From NCBI GenBank assembly GCA_965203555.1, contig CBDBCY010000004.1, positions 136,961-200,960 of the forward strand: a stretch of 64,000 nt of DNA. The letters are read 5' to 3'. Made by a program: the position numbers and the translations under genes. Source of the stretch: Acidimicrobiia bacterium. GTDB taxonomy: Bacteria > Actinomycetota > Acidimicrobiia > Spongiisociales > ZC4RG35. This document shows, one piece after another, positions 29,303-40,196 of this stretch; position 1 is the stretch's first letter; each line of letters opens with the position of its first letter. Below the pieces are notes generated by a model. It was not told the origin of the DNA and ran no database searches. It saw only the letters and a program-made list of their open reading frames with translations.

Positions 29303-29304
29303 CC

Positions 29305-29592
29305 GTGGGTAGAAGTTTGAAGAAAGGTCCGTTCGTCGACGACCATCTGCTGGAAAAGATCGAAGAATTGAACGCCGCTCGCCAAAAGCGCGTGATACGG
29401 ACCTGGAGCCGGCGCTCCACCGTGATACCCGCCATGATCGGGCACACCATTGCCGTACATGACGGACGGCGCCACGTGCCCATCTATCTCACCGAGTCGA
29501 TGGTGGGGCACAAATTGGGCGAGTTCGCTCCCACCCGCACGTTCCGCAAGCACCCGGGCGGCAAGAGGGACAAGGCGGTGAGAAAGCGATGA
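29305..29592 (+). CDS. rpsS: 30S ribosomal protein S19
   Basis: GTG 29305: [19 protein letters not shown]...; lies inside the longer ORF-track entry 29104..29592. Confidence 0.93.
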   Translation: MGRSLKKGPFVDDHLLEKIEELNAARQKRVIRTWSRRSTVIPAMIGHTIAVHDGRRHVPIYLTESMVGHKLGEFAPTRTFRKHPGGKRDKAVRKR

Positions 29593-29942
29593 GAACCCAG
29601 GCTCGGGCCCGGTATCTGCGCCACTCCCCCTACAAGATGAGGCGGGTGGCCGATTTGGTCAAGGGTAAGTCGGTGGAGGACGCCCAGGCGCTTTTGGCTC
29701 ATCTCAACCGGGGGGCCGCCCCCGCAGTCCGCAAGGTGCTGGATTCGGCGGTGGCCAATGCCGAGAACAACCTTGAGTTGGACTACGACCAACTCAAGGT
29801 CGAGGCGGTCTATGTGGATGAGGGACCCACCTTGCGATCCTTCCGCGCCCGGGCCAGAGGGCGGGTCACCCGGATCCGCAAACGCACCAGTCATTTGACC
29901 ATCGTGGTCGCTGACTCCCACAACGACGAGGAGACTTACTGA
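29589..29942 (+). CDS. rplV: 50S ribosomal protein L22
   Basis: 117-aa ORF, L22 homology. Confidence 0.95.
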   Translation: MRTQARARYLRHSPYKMRRVADLVKGKSVEDAQALLAHLNRGAAPAVRKVLDSAVANAENNLELDYDQLKVEAVYVDEGPTLRSFRARARGRVTRIRKRTSHLTIVVADSHNDEETY

Positions 29943-30874
29943 TGGGACAGAAAACGCACCCCTATTCCTTCCGGCTGGGCGTGGTTACCGACTGGAAATC
30001 CAAGTGGTACTCCGACAAGGACTACGTGAACCTGGTGAACGAGGATTGGCAAATTAGGGACTACCTGCGTGGATGCCTGGTGCGGGGAGCGGTTTCCCGC
30101 ATCGAGGTCGAGAGGACCCGGGATCGGGTGGTGGTGGAGATCCACACCGCGCGGCCGGGGGTGGTGATAGGTCGCAGGGGCGCCGAAGCCGAGCGGCTGC
30201 GCAAAGGTTTGGAGAAGCTGACCTCCAAGTCGATAAAGCTCAACATCATCGAGGTCAAGGACCCGGAATTGGACGCCCAACTGCTGGCGCAGGGAATCGC
30301 CGACCAACTGGAAAACCGGGTTTCGTTTCGCCGAGCCATGAAGCGGGCGCTGGGAACGGCTCGCAAGGCCGGCGCGCAAGGGGTGCGGGTGGAGTGCAAG
30401 GGCAGATTGGGCGGCGCTGACATGGGCCGCCGGGAGTGGTACCTGGAAGGCCGGGTGCCGCTGCACACCATCCGGGCCGACATCGATTACGGAGTGGCCA
30501 CCGCTCACACCATGGTGGGCTCCATCGGGGTGAAGGTCTGGGTATACAAGGGAGATGTCTTCAAGACTCGGTCCTCGGGTGAGAAGATGGCCGCTGAAGT
30601 CGCCCTGGCTGCGGGAGGCCCCACCCGTCGGCGTCGGCGCACACCCGCCAAGGCGCGGGCCGAGGCGGCGGCCGGAGGGAGGAAGCGGCCCAGGTTGATC
30701 GAAGCCGGCGGTGGCAAGCGACCTGTGCAGGCCACCACCCCCAAGCGGGACGGCCGCAAGCGCCTGATCGAAGCCGGAGGCGGAAGGAAGCGATCCGAGC
30801 AGGCATCCCAGCAGGACTGGGAGAGAGACGACGCGACGCAGGCGGATTCATCGTCGGATACCGGGACTTCGTAG
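29942..30874 (+). CDS. rpsC: 30S ribosomal protein S3 with basic, repeat-containing C-terminal extension
   Basis: [13 protein letters not shown]..., KH and S3-C domains; about 80 extra C-terminal residues. Confidence 0.95.
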   Translation: MGQKTHPYSFRLGVVTDWKSKWYSDKDYVNLVNEDWQIRDYLRGCLVRGAVSRIEVERTRDRVVVEIHTARPGVVIGRRGAEAERLRKGLEKLTSKSIKLNIIEVKDPELDAQLLAQGIADQLENRVSFRRAMKRALGTARKAGAQGVRVECKGRLGGADMGRREWYLEGRVPLHTIRADIDYGVATAHTMVGSIGVKVWVYKGDVFKTRSSGEKMAAEVALAAGGPTRRRRRTPAKARAEAAAGGRKRPRLIEAGGGKRPVQATTPKRDGRKRLIEAGGGRKRSEQASQQDWERDDATQADSSSDTGTS

Positions 30875-30887
30875 GAGCGTTGTTGAG

Positions 30888-31301
30888 ATGTTGATGCCCA
30901 AGAGAACTCGTCACCGCAAGGTGCACCGCGGTCGCAGGAAGGGAATCGCCAAGGGCGGCACCAAGGTCCATTTCGGCGAGTACGGGCTACAGGCCCTGTC
31001 GGCGGGATGGATAACTGCTCGCCAGATCGAATCGGCCCGGGTCGCCATCACCCGTTCGGTGCGGCGAGGAGGAAGGGTATGGATAACCATCTTCCCCGAT
31101 AAGCCGGTCACCGCCAAACCGGCCGAGACCCGAATGGGGTCCGGTAAGGGCAACCCCGAGTTTTGGGTGGCGGTTGTAAAGCCGGGCCGTGTCATGTTCG
31201 AATTGGCCGGCGTCTCCGAGCCGCAGGCTCGCGAGGCAATGCGCAAGGCGGGACACAAGTTGCCGATCAAGACCAGGTTTGTCAAGAGGGAGGACTCATG
31301 A
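30888..31301 (+). CDS. rplP: 50S ribosomal protein L16
   Basis: [19 protein letters not shown]... Confidence 0.95.
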   Translation: MLMPKRTRHRKVHRGRRKGIAKGGTKVHFGEYGLQALSAGWITARQIESARVAITRSVRRGGRVWITIFPDKPVTAKPAETRMGSGKGNPEFWVAVVKPGRVMFELAGVSEPQAREAMRKAGHKLPIKTRFVKREDS

Positions 31302-31525
31302 AACCGGCCGAGCTGCGGGAACTCAACTACCGGGAACTGCGGGAGAAGCTTGCCGAGTCCAAGGAGGAGTTGTTCAATCTGCGCTTCCAACTGGCCACCA
31401 ACCAACTGGACAACACCGCCCGCCTCAAGGCGGTCAAAAAAACCGTGGCCAGGATCCTCACCATCCTTCGTGACCGGGAGATCCGGCTTTGGTACGCCCA
31501 GCAGGAGGACTCGACCAATGAGTGA
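31298..31525 (+). CDS. rpmC: 50S ribosomal protein L29
   Basis: ATG 31298: [31 protein letters not shown]...; ATGA overlap with rplP. Confidence 0.93.
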   Translation: MKPAELRELNYRELREKLAESKEELFNLRFQLATNQLDNTARLKAVKKTVARILTILRDREIRLWYAQQEDSTNE

Positions 31526-31775
31526 GCGCCGCAAACGCAAGACCAGGGTCGGAGTGGTGGTGTCAGATCGTCGCGACCGCACCATTTCCGTGCAGGTCGC
31601 CACCTCCTACAAGCACCCTCGATATCACAAGGTGGTCCGCAAGAGCACTCTGTACCACGCCCACGATCAGGAGAACGACGCCCGGATGGGAGACACCGTC
31701 CGTATCGTGGAAACTCGGCCGATCTCCAAGCAGAAGCGCTGGCGCATGACCGACATCCTGGAGAGGGCCAAGTGA
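31518..31775 (+). CDS. rpsQ: 30S ribosomal protein S17
   Basis: ATG 31518: [27 protein letters not shown]... Confidence 0.93.
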   Translation: MSERRKRKTRVGVVVSDRRDRTISVQVATSYKHPRYHKVVRKSTLYHAHDQENDARMGDTVRIVETRPISKQKRWRMTDILERAK

Positions 31776-32140
31776 TCCAGAAGGAGAGCAGGTTGCGGGT
31801 GGCTGATAACACCGGAGCCCGGTCGGTGCTGTGCATCGGTTTGCTGGGCGGCACCCGTCGCCGCTATGCCCGGGTGGGCGACGAGATCGTGGTCACCGTC
31901 AAAGAGGCGGTACCCGGAGGTGTGATCAAGAAGGGAGAAGTGGTGCGAGCCGTGGTGGTGCGCACCCGTAAGGAGCGCCGCCGGCCCGACGGGACCTACA
32001 TCCGTTTCGACGACAATGCCTGTGTGATTATCGATCCGGGGCGTCAACCCCGCGGCACCCGTATCTTCGGTCCTGTGGCGCGGGAACTTCGCGATCGCAG
32101 ATTCATGCGGATCGTTTCCCTGGCGCCGGAGGTGCTATGA
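31772..32140 (+). CDS. rplN: 50S ribosomal protein L14
   Basis: [16 protein letters not shown]... Confidence 0.95.
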   Translation: MIQKESRLRVADNTGARSVLCIGLLGGTRRRYARVGDEIVVTVKEAVPGGVIKKGEVVRAVVVRTRKERRRPDGTYIRFDDNACVIIDPGRQPRGTRIFGPVARELRDRRFMRIVSLAPEVL

Positions 32141-32439
32141 GACTTCGTGTTGGAGACCGGGTGAAGGTGATCACCGGTAAGGACGTGGGACAGGTGTCCA
32201 GAATCTCGCGGGTGATTCCCAGGAGCAATAAGGTGATCGTGGAGGGAGTCAACACCGCCAGGCGGCACCAGCGTCCGCAGAGCGGGACCATGCAGGGTGG
32301 AATAATCGACAAGGACATGCCTGTCGACGCTTCCAACGTGATGATTGTTTGCGAGGAGTGTGGACCCACCAGGATCGGGAAAAGGTTTGACGACCGGGGC
32401 AAGCGCCGTGTGTGCCGCAGGTGTGGAGGCGACCTATGA
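32137..32439 (+). CDS. rplX: 50S ribosomal protein L24
   Basis: 100-aa ORF, KOW motif region [13 protein letters not shown]. Confidence 0.95.
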   Translation: MRLRVGDRVKVITGKDVGQVSRISRVIPRSNKVIVEGVNTARRHQRPQSGTMQGGIIDKDMPVDASNVMIVCEECGPTRIGKRFDDRGKRRVCRRCGGDL

Positions 32440-33008
32440 CCGAAAACGGCTCGACGCCTCGGCTCAAGGAGCGTTTCCGCGACGAGATCGCCGCCGCTTT
32501 GCAGAAGGAGCTGGGCCTCGGCAATCCGATGCAGGTTCCCCGGCTGGAGAAGATCGTGGTGAACATGGGCATAGGTGGAGCGGTCCGCGACCGCAAACAG
32601 GTCACTTCCGCCATGGAGGAACTGGCTCTGATTACCGGCCAGAAGCCCCGGCTGAACCGGGCTCGCAAGTCAGTGGCCGGTTTCCGGATCAGAAAGGGAA
32701 TGCCGGTGGGCGTTTCGGTGACACTGCGGGGAGACAGGATGTGGGAGTTCTTCGACCGGGTGATGTCGATCGCCATTCCCAGGGTGCGAGACTTCCGGGG
32801 AATGAAACCCACTTCTTTCGACGGCAGGGGCAACTACTCTTTCGGTTTCGATGAACAGTTGGTCTTTCCAGAAATACACTACGACCAGGTGACGGATACC
32901 AGGGGGATGGACATCACCATCTGCACCACCGCCACGGGTGATGACCATGCCCGCGCCTTCATGTCGGCCTTCGGGTTTCCTTTCCGGGTTACCGAATCTT
33001 TGTACTAA
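32436..33008 (+). CDS. rplE: 50S ribosomal protein L5
   Basis: ATG 32436: [18 protein letters not shown]...; ATGA overlap with rplX. Confidence 0.93.
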   Translation: MTENGSTPRLKERFRDEIAAALQKELGLGNPMQVPRLEKIVVNMGIGGAVRDRKQVTSAMEELALITGQKPRLNRARKSVAGFRIRKGMPVGVSVTLRGDRMWEFFDRVMSIAIPRVRDFRGMKPTSFDGRGNYSFGFDEQLVFPEIHYDQVTDTRGMDITICTTATGDDHARAFMSAFGFPFRVTESLY

Positions 33009-33017
33009 GGAGTACTT

Positions 33018-33203
33018 GTGGCGCGCAAAGCACTAATAGCAAAAGCAAAACGCCCCCCGAAATTCAAGGTGCGGGCTTACAATCGCTGTCGCCGCTGTGG
33101 GCGTTCCCGCGCCTTTTTGCGGGACTTCGGAATGTGCCGTATCTGTGTGCGGGAACTGGCTTCCCGCGGGGAGTTGCCCGGAGTTAGAAAGGCGTCGTGG
33201 TAG
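33018..33203 (+). CDS. rpsZ: 30S ribosomal protein S14 type Z (zinc-binding, 61 aa)
   Basis: [20 protein letters not shown] Zn ribbon, ends KASW. Confidence 0.95.
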   Translation: MARKALIAKAKRPPKFKVRAYNRCRRCGRSRAFLRDFGMCRICVRELASRGELPGVRKASW

Positions 33204-33206
33204 CAA

Positions 33207-33611
33207 ATGATGACCGATCCTGTCGCCGACATGTTGACCCGCATCCGCAACGGGATTTCCGCCCGTCACATGCGGGTAGAGATGCCCTCCTCTCGATTGA
33301 AGGAGCGCATCGCCCGTATCCTGTCCGCGGAAGGATTCGTGGACGGCTTCTCTGTCTCTCCGTTGGGAGGCGGCAAGCCGCATCGGACCTTGAAGATCGA
33401 ACTGCGCTATTCGGATGAGAAGACTCCTGCCATTACCGGGCTGCGCCGGATCTCCAAACCCGGCCACCGCCGTTACAGCGGCGCCGCCGACATCAGTCGC
33501 GTGCAGGGAGGATTGGGCGTTGCGATAGTCTCCACCTCCCAGGGTCTGCTCACCGACCGAGAGGCCCGTCGGCGGCGGTTGGGCGGCGAGATCCTCTGCG
33601 AGGTGTGGTAG
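33207..33611 (+). CDS. rpsH: 30S ribosomal protein S8
   Basis: MMTDPVADMLTRIRNG... Confidence 0.95.
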   Translation: MMTDPVADMLTRIRNGISARHMRVEMPSSRLKERIARILSAEGFVDGFSVSPLGGGKPHRTLKIELRYSDEKTPAITGLRRISKPGHRRYSGAADISRVQGGLGVAIVSTSQGLLTDREARRRRLGGEILCEVW

Positions 33612-34150
33612 TGAGCAGAGTGGGAATAGCTCCCATCCCCATTCCCCCGGAGGTCAAGCTGACGGTGAACGGTTCAGATGTGGTCGTGAACGGTCCTAGG
33701 GGGGAGCTTTCCCGCACCTTCCACGACAGGGTGAGGATCGAGGTCGACAACGGCCGGGCGCTGGTGACCCGGCGTGACGAATCGCGGATGTCACGGTCTC
33801 TCCACGGGCTGTCCCGGACCTTGCTGGCCAACATGGTTACGGGGGTGGTGAAGGGTTATGTCAAGGAACTCACCGTGGTGGGAGTCGGATACCGGGCTCT
33901 GCTGCGCGGGCCCAAGCTGGTCCTGCAGGTGGGATTCAGCCATCCGGTGGAGATAGATCCGCCAGAGGGCATCACTTTCGAGTCCCCCCAGGCAACCCGC
34001 ATCATCGTGAAGGGAATCGACAAACAGCAGGTGGGTCAGGTGGCAGCGGAAATCCGGCGCATCCGCCCGCCCGAGCCCTACAAAGGCAAGGGCATCCGCT
34101 ATGTGGATGAGAAGGTGCGCCGCAAAGCAGGGAAGGCGGGAAGAGTATGA
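33611..34150 (+). CDS. rplF: 50S ribosomal protein L6
   Basis: GTG 33611: [12 protein letters not shown]...; ORF track opens 6 nt earlier. Confidence 0.93.
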   Translation: MSRVGIAPIPIPPEVKLTVNGSDVVVNGPRGELSRTFHDRVRIEVDNGRALVTRRDESRMSRSLHGLSRTLLANMVTGVVKGYVKELTVVGVGYRALLRGPKLVLQVGFSHPVEIDPPEGITFESPQATRIIVKGIDKQQVGQVAAEIRRIRPPEPYKGKGIRYVDEKVRRKAGKAGRV

Positions 34151-34500
34151 AGGGCGCCCGTAGTCATGCCAGGATCAGGAGGCACCGGAGGGTACGTAAA
34201 AAGGTCCGGGGCAGTGCCGAGCGTCCCCGGTTGGCGGTGTTCCGTTCCAACCGGTACATTTACGCACAGGTCATCGATGATGATCGGGGGCATACGGTGG
34301 CGGCGGCTTCGTCGGTCGAACCGGCGCTGCGCACCCGGTCTCTTACTGTGGAGACGGCGGAGATGGTGGGTAGACTCTTGGCGGAGCGGTGCCGACGGGC
34401 CGGGGTGGAAACGGTAGTGTTTGACCGAGGGGGATACCAGTTTGCAGGAAGAGTCAAGGCCTTGGCGGACGCCGCTCGGGCTGACGGGTTGAGTTTCTAG
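34147..34500 (+). CDS. rplR: 50S ribosomal protein L18
   Basis: 117-aa ORF, L18 homology. Confidence 0.95.
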   Translation: MKGARSHARIRRHRRVRKKVRGSAERPRLAVFRSNRYIYAQVIDDDRGHTVAAASSVEPALRTRSLTVETAEMVGRLLAERCRRAGVETVVFDRGGYQFAGRVKALADAARADGLSF

Positions 34501-34509
34501 AGGTAGCCC

Positions 34510-35061
34510 ATGGCCGAGATACAACAATACGAAGAGCGGGTCATAAAGATCAACCGGGTAGCCAAGGTCGTGAAGGGCGGACGCAGGTTTTCCTTCACCG
34601 CCCTGGTGGCGGTGGGAGACGGTGCGGGCCGGGTGGGGATAGCTCACGGGAGGGCCAAAGAGGTGCCGGTGGCCATCCAGAAGGCGATGGAGATGGCCCG
34701 TCGCTCCATGATTACCGTCCCCATGACCGGGGCCACCGTGATACACCAAACCATAGGCAAGCATGACGCGTCGCGGGTGCTGATCAAGCCGGCCTCTCCG
34801 GGTACGGGCGTGATCGCCGGGGGAGCGGTGCGCCAGATTCTCGAAGCGGCCGGAATCAGGGACGCCCTCGCCAAGTCGCTCGGTTCCCCTTCTCATCTCA
34901 ATGTGGCCAGGGCCACTATGAACGCTTTGGCCGGGCAGCGCCGTCCTGACGATGTGGCTCGTCTGCGGGGCAAGCGGCCCGAGGAGTTCGTTCCTCCCGC
35001 CCTGTTGGACGCCTATCGCTCTACCGAGGCGGTTCGCGCCGCTCCCAAGCCGGTCCGATGA
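34510..35061 (+). CDS. rpsE: 30S ribosomal protein S5
   Basis: 183-aa ORF, INRVAKVVKGGRRFSF motif. Confidence 0.95.
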   Translation: MAEIQQYEERVIKINRVAKVVKGGRRFSFTALVAVGDGAGRVGIAHGRAKEVPVAIQKAMEMARRSMITVPMTGATVIHQTIGKHDASRVLIKPASPGTGVIAGGAVRQILEAAGIRDALAKSLGSPSHLNVARATMNALAGQRRPDDVARLRGKRPEEFVPPALLDAYRSTEAVRAAPKPVR

Positions 35062-35252
35062 GCGGGCCCAAAACCCTCCGGGTCACGTTGAGACGCAGCG
35101 TCATAGGCCAAAAACCCAAGACCCGCCGAACGGTACGCGGCCTGGGGCTGTGCCGCATCGACCACACCGTGGAACATGCCGACCGGCCCGAAATAAGAGG
35201 GATGATCCACCGGGTCCGGCACCTGGTGGAAGTGGAGGAATCCAATGTCTGA
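35058..35252 (+). CDS. rpmD: 50S ribosomal protein L30
   Basis: 64-aa ORF, LRVTLRRSVIGQKPKTRRTVRGLGL. Confidence 0.93.
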   Translation: MSGPKTLRVTLRRSVIGQKPKTRRTVRGLGLCRIDHTVEHADRPEIRGMIHRVRHLVEVEESNV

Positions 35253-35694
35253 CCGCCTGATGCTTCATGATCTCAAGCCGGCGCCGGGATCCCGCAAGGC
35301 CAAGATTCGGGTCGGTAGGGGCAGGGCCGCCCGCCGGGGCCGGAAAGCCGGCCGGGGAACCAAGGGCATCAACGCCCGCAACAAACTGCGTCCCGGATTC
35401 GAGGGCGGCCAGACTCCGCTGTCGCGGCGCCTTCCCAAGTTGAAGGGTTTCAAAAACCCTCACCGCCAGGAATACACGGTGGTCAACCTGGGAGCGCTGG
35501 ACGGATTCGGAGAGGGTGCGGTCCTCGGTCCCGAAACCCTCCGAGAAAAGGGTTTGGCGAAACGCCGGGGCAGGGTCAAGATCCTCGGCGATGGGGAGCT
35601 TACTTCGGGGATGACCGTCAAGGCCCATGCGTTCAGTGCTTCGGCTCGCCGTAAGATCGAAGCAGCGGGAGGAAAATGGGAAATAGTCTCCTGA
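35245..35694 (+). CDS. rplO: 50S ribosomal protein L15
   Basis: 149-aa ORF, LHDLKPAPGSRKAKIRVGRG. Confidence 0.95.
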   Translation: MSDRLMLHDLKPAPGSRKAKIRVGRGRAARRGRKAGRGTKGINARNKLRPGFEGGQTPLSRRLPKLKGFKNPHRQEYTVVNLGALDGFGEGAVLGPETLREKGLAKRRGRVKILGDGELTSGMTVKAHAFSASARRKIEAAGGKWEIVS

Positions 35695-35728
35695 TGGGTA
35701 CGGTTTCCCCGCTCCGGGAGGATGTGCG

Positions 35729-37039
35729 ATGTTGAACATCTACCGGAACATGTTCAAAGTCCCGGATCTGCGGGGAAAGATTCTTTTTACGCTGGCGATT
35801 TTCGGGGTTTACCGATTGGGCGCCACCATACCGGTTCCCGGTATCGATCTGGAGGCGGTTCAGGCCTTCCAGGAACAGCAGCAGGCGGGAGGAATCTATG
35901 GTCTTCTGAACCTGTTCTCGGGTGGCGCCCTGGAGCAGTTCTCGGTGTTCTCGCTGGGGATCATTCCCTATATCACCGCTTCCATCATGATGCAGCTCCT
36001 CACCGTGGTGATCCCCAAACTGCAGGCTTTGCAGGACGAGGGAGAAGCGGGGCGGAAGGTTATCACCCAGTGGACCAGGTACACCACGGTGGTGCTGGCG
36101 CTGATCCAGTCGACCGGTTTCACATACCTGTTCCATGTCGGCCGTTTCACCAACGGCATCGATCTGGTCCCCAACTACACACCGGGCCGGGTGGCCCTGA
36201 TCGTTCTGACCATGACGGCCGGAACCGCCTTCGTGATGTGGCTGGGTGAGCAGATCAGCCAGCGGGGGATCGGCAACGGAATGTCGCTTCTCATCTTCGT
36301 CTCCATCCTCAGCCAGTTCCCCTTCGTGTTCGGCCAGATCTGGGGACAGACCGCCGCCGTGGGGCTTTTCCTGCGCTTTGTGGTCATCATCCTGGTGTTC
36401 ATGGTGGTGATAGTCACCATCATCTATGTCGATCAGGGTCAGCGGCGGATCCCGGTTTCCTTCGCCAAGAGGGTGCGGGGACGCCGGGTGATGGGCGGCC
36501 AGAACACATACATTCCGCTCAAGGTCAACACCGCCGGGGTGATCCCGGTGATCTTCGCCACCTCGATGCTTTTGTTCCCCTCGTTGATCGTCACTGCCAT
36601 CCCCTCCGACGCGGCCTGGGTCCAGGCTCTGTACCGATGGGTCGATCAAAACCTGGGCGGCGGCGGGCAGATCAGTTGGTGGTACGTCGCTTTGTTGTTC
36701 TCTTTGATCATCTTCTTCACCTACTTCTACAACGCCATCCAGTTCGATCCTGCCCGCCAGGCAGAGATGTTGCAGAGGCAGGGTGGGTTCATACCGGGTG
36801 TGCGCCCGGGTGGGCAGACCGCATCGTTTCTGGGCAGAATCCTCAACCGCATCACCCTTCCCGGGTCGGTCTTCTTGGCGGTGATCGCCGTTTTGCCGGC
36901 CCTGGCGGGTCTTCTGTGGAACATACCCATCAGTTTTTCCGGGGTATCCATACTGATTGTGGTGGGTGTGGCTCTTGAGACGATGAAACAGATCGAAAGC
37001 CAACTCACCATGCGCAACTACGAAGGTTTCCTTACCTGA
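35729..37039 (+). CDS. secY: Preprotein translocase subunit SecY
   Basis: 436-aa polytopic membrane ORF, conserved position after rplO. Confidence 0.95.
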   Translation: MLNIYRNMFKVPDLRGKILFTLAIFGVYRLGATIPVPGIDLEAVQAFQEQQQAGGIYGLLNLFSGGALEQFSVFSLGIIPYITASIMMQLLTVVIPKLQALQDEGEAGRKVITQWTRYTTVVLALIQSTGFTYLFHVGRFTNGIDLVPNYTPGRVALIVLTMTAGTAFVMWLGEQISQRGIGNGMSLLIFVSILSQFPFVFGQIWGQTAAVGLFLRFVVIILVFMVVIVTIIYVDQGQRRIPVSFAKRVRGRRVMGGQNTYIPLKVNTAGVIPVIFATSMLLFPSLIVTAIPSDAAWVQALYRWVDQNLGGGGQISWWYVALLFSLIIFFTYFYNAIQFDPARQAEMLQRQGGFIPGVRPGGQTASFLGRILNRITLPGSVFLAVIAVLPALAGLLWNIPISFSGVSILIVVGVALETMKQIESQLTMRNYEGFLT

Positions 37040-37056
37040 GCGATGGGACAAGGTAG

Positions 37057-37626
37057 ATGAGGCTTCTGATCGTGGGTCCGCCGGGGTCGGGGAAGGGTAC
37101 CCAGGCTGTGCGGATGGCGCAGCAACTGGGAATCCCCCACATTTCCACCGGAGAGATGTTCCGTGGTCATGTCTCCCGCGGCACTGCGCTGGGAAAGCAG
37201 GTGAGGGTGTTGATGGAGGCGGGGGAATATGTTCCCGACCGGATCACCGGAGAGATGCTGGCTGAACGGTTGACTCATTCCGACACTTCCGGGGGGTTCA
37301 TTCTCGACGGTTTTCCTCGCACCCTTCCCCAGGCGCGTCTGCTGGATGAACTCTTGACGGAAACGCCGCTGGATGCAGTGGTCTCGCTGGAAGTGGAGAA
37401 TGAAGAACTGATGGGCAGGATGCTCTCCCGAGGTCGGGCGGATGACACCCCTGACACCATTCGTCGCCGCTTGGAGGTCTATCAGGTCCAGACGGCGCCG
37501 CTATTGGACTTCTACGCCTCTGCGGGGTTGATCCAGGCGGTGGATGGTTCCGGTGACATAAACCAGATAACCGAGCGCATCATGGTGACGCTTTCGACGA
37601 CATTTCCGCGGCGGCGTCTTCTTTGA
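37057..37626 (+). CDS. adk: Adenylate kinase
   Basis: P-loop GPPGSGKGTQ, 189 aa. Confidence 0.95.
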   Translation: MRLLIVGPPGSGKGTQAVRMAQQLGIPHISTGEMFRGHVSRGTALGKQVRVLMEAGEYVPDRITGEMLAERLTHSDTSGGFILDGFPRTLPQARLLDELLTETPLDAVVSLEVENEELMGRMLSRGRADDTPDTIRRRLEVYQVQTAPLLDFYASAGLIQAVDGSGDINQITERIMVTLSTTFPRRRLL

Positions 37627-38405
37627 TCACCTTTAAGACACCCGCCCAGTTCAAGAAGATGGAGGTGGCGGGGCGGTGCGTGGCAAAGGTCCACGAAGCT
37701 GTCCGGGAGGCGGTCCGCCCGGGAGTCACCACCATGGAGTTGGACCAAGTGGCTGAGAGAGTGATCCGTGCGCATGGGTGCATTCCCTCTTTTCTGGGGT
37801 ACCGCGGTTTTCCGGCCTCCATATGCTCATCCCCCAACGATGTGATCGTTCACGGCATCCCTGACTTTCGACGGTTGCGCTCCGGGGACCTGCTTTCCAT
37901 TGATGTCGGGGCCATCTACGAGGGTTTTCACGCCGATGCCGCTTTCACGGTTGCGGTGGGCGACGTGTCGGACGAGGCGGCTGCCCTGTCGGACACCACC
38001 TACAAGGCCCTGTGGGCGGGCCTGCGGATGGCCCGTCCCCGGATGAGAATCGGAGATATAGGGGCTGCGGTGGAGGCGTTGGCTCGTCCTGCAGGCTACG
38101 GGGTGGTGGAAGGCTATGTCGGGCACGGCATTGGCCGGCAGATGCACGAAAAGCCCGACGTTCCCAATGTGGGACGACCCGGCAAGGGAGTGAAACTGAG
38201 AGTGGGGATGGCTCTGTGCGTAGAGCCCATGTTCAATCTGGGCGCCGCCGACACCCGGGTGGACCCCGACGGTTGGACGGTGCGTACCGCTGATGGTACG
38301 CTGTCGGCGCATTGGGAACACACCGTTTGTCTCACCCCTGACGGGCCTCTGGTCACCACCACTGCGTCGGCAATCAATTTGCTTGAAGCGGCGTGTAGTT
38401 GGTAA
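37623..38405 (+). CDS. map: Type I methionine aminopeptidase
   Basis: 260-aa ORF, pita-bread fold metal ligands (D..D..H..E..E pattern). Confidence 0.93.
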   Translation: MITFKTPAQFKKMEVAGRCVAKVHEAVREAVRPGVTTMELDQVAERVIRAHGCIPSFLGYRGFPASICSSPNDVIVHGIPDFRRLRSGDLLSIDVGAIYEGFHADAAFTVAVGDVSDEAAALSDTTYKALWAGLRMARPRMRIGDIGAAVEALARPAGYGVVEGYVGHGIGRQMHEKPDVPNVGRPGKGVKLRVGMALCVEPMFNLGAADTRVDPDGWTVRTADGTLSAHWEHTVCLTPDGPLVTTTASAINLLEAACSW

Positions 38406-38435
38406 TATGCATGAAGTTGGCGCGAAAAACTCCGA

Positions 38436-38657
38436 ATGACTGAAGACGCTTCCGTTGTTCGGGTCCAGGGCACCGTTCTTCAAAACCTTCCGAATGCCAC
38501 ATTCAAGGTGGAGGTTGACGGTGGCCTGGTGGTGTTGGCTCATGTTTCGGGGAAAATGCGTATGAGATACATCCGGATTCTTCCTGGTGACCGAGTGGAC
38601 CTGGAGTTGTCTGCCTACGACCCCACCAGGGGCAGAATCGTCTGGAGATACAGGTGA
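38436..38657 (+). CDS. infA: Translation initiation factor IF-1
   Basis: 73-aa S1-like ORF ...[32 protein letters not shown]. Confidence 0.95.
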   Translation: MTEDASVVRVQGTVLQNLPNATFKVEVDGGLVVLAHVSGKMRMRYIRILPGDRVDLELSAYDPTRGRIVWRYR

Positions 38658-38767
38658 AAGTAAAACCATCGACCCGCAAGATGTGCGAGAAGTGCCGGAT
38701 AATCCGGCGCCACCGTCGCGTGTGGGTTATTTGCGAAAACCCCCGGCACAAGCAAAGGCAGGGATGA
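38654..38767 (+). CDS. rpmJ: 50S ribosomal protein L36
   Basis: Not in the ORF track (37 aa). GTG 38654 overlapping the infA stop: [37 protein letters not shown]. Confidence 0.9.
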   Translation: MKVKPSTRKMCEKCRIIRRHRRVWVICENPRHKQRQG

Positions 38768-38770
38768 GCA

Positions 38771-39151
38771 GTGGCCAGAATTGCCGGCGTAGATCTGCCT
38801 CGCGACAAGCGGTTGGAAATCTCACTGACCTACATCTTTGGAGTAGGCCGCTCCCGGGCGCTGGAGATCTGTGAGTTCATGAGAATCGATCCGGGCACCA
38901 AGGTGCGGGATCTGACCGAAGAGGAAGCGGCCTCCATCAGGCGCTTCATCGACGTCAACTATCAGGTGGAAGGTGATCTGCGCCGCCAGATCGGCCAGAA
39001 CATCCGCCGCAAGACCGAGATCAGTTGCTACCAGGGCATCCGGCATCGTCGCGGCTTGCCGGTTCGCGGTCAGCGGACCCATACCAACGGGCGGACTCGC
39101 AAGGGCAGACGGATAGCGATTGCCGGCAAGAAAAAGCCTGCCAAACACTGA
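38771..39151 (+). CDS. rpsM: 30S ribosomal protein S13
   Basis: [26 protein letters not shown]. Confidence 0.95.
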   Translation: MARIAGVDLPRDKRLEISLTYIFGVGRSRALEICEFMRIDPGTKVRDLTEEEAASIRRFIDVNYQVEGDLRRQIGQNIRRKTEISCYQGIRHRRGLPVRGQRTHTNGRTRKGRRIAIAGKKKPAKH

Positions 39152-39168
39152 GAACGCTAAGGGGCGAT

Positions 39169-39564
39169 ATGGCTGCCAGAGGACCACAAAAACGGGTGCG
39201 CCGCCGTGAGCGCAAGAACATCGCTTACGCCAAAGCACACATCAAGGCAAGTTTCAATAACACCATCATCAACATCACCGACCAGCAGGGAAACACCATC
39301 GTGTGGACCTCGGGAGGTTCGGTGGGATTCAAGGGTTCTCGCAAGTCGACCCCTTACGCGGCCCAGCTTGCAGCCGAGGAGGCCGCCCGGCAGGCCGGAG
39401 AGCATGGTGTGCGCAAGATAGAGGTGATCATCAGCGGCACCGGTCCGGGCAAGGATGCGTGGCGGACCCTGCAGCACATGGGACTGGAGGTTGCCGGTTC
39501 TCCTCGCGACGCCACTCCCACCGTTCACAACGGATGCCGCCCCAAGAAGCGGAGAAGAGGCTGA
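39169..39564 (+). CDS. rpsK: 30S ribosomal protein S11
   Basis: ATG 39169: [34 protein letters not shown]... Confidence 0.93.
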   Translation: MAARGPQKRVRRRERKNIAYAKAHIKASFNNTIINITDQQGNTIVWTSGGSVGFKGSRKSTPYAAQLAAEEAARQAGEHGVRKIEVIISGTGPGKDAWRTLQHMGLEVAGSPRDATPTVHNGCRPKKRRRG

Positions 39565-40169
39565 TGGCCCGCTACACCGGCCCCCGACACAAGGCTTGCC
39601 GCCGGGCGCGCGAGACGCTCTGTCAATCCCGCAAATGTCCGGTGGACCGCCGTCCCTATCCCCCCGGGGAGCACGGGCGACGCAGGATCAGGGAGAGCGA
39701 CTATCTTATCCGTCTGCGGGAGAAGCAGAAGCTGCGGGCCATGTATGGTGTCCTGGAGCGTCAGTTCCGCGGCTACTACCATCGCGCCGCCCGGGGTGAG
39801 GGCATCACCGGAGAGAGTCTGCTGCGGCTCTTGGAGTTGCGCCTCGACAATGTGGTTTGGAGATCCGGCATGGCGGCCACTCGGGCCCAGGCCCGTCAAT
39901 TGGTCAACCACGGCCACTTCCAGGTCAACGGCAAGAAGGTTGATATCCCGTCCTACCAGGTGCGCCAGGGTGACGTGGTGACTCTTCGGGAAAAGAGCAC
40001 GGACCTGATCATCGTGCAACACGCCATAGATACGCTCACCCGCAACGTTCCTGAATGGCTGACCGTTGATCATGAAGCGCGCCGGATCGAGGTATTCAGC
40101 CTGCCCAGCAAAGAGCAGATTGACACACGCATCGACGTGCAGTTGGTCGTTGAGCTCTATTCGAAGTAA
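39564..40169 (+). CDS. rpsD: 30S ribosomal protein S4
   Basis: ATG 39564: [14 protein letters not shown]..., S4 RNA-binding domain. Confidence 0.93.
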   Translation: MARYTGPRHKACRRARETLCQSRKCPVDRRPYPPGEHGRRRIRESDYLIRLREKQKLRAMYGVLERQFRGYYHRAARGEGITGESLLRLLELRLDNVVWRSGMAATRAQARQLVNHGHFQVNGKKVDIPSYQVRQGDVVTLREKSTDLIIVQHAIDTLTRNVPEWLTVDHEARRIEVFSLPSKEQIDTRIDVQLVVELYSK

Positions 40170-40196
40170 TCCGAAGGGTAGAAGGGGGTTTTTGCC

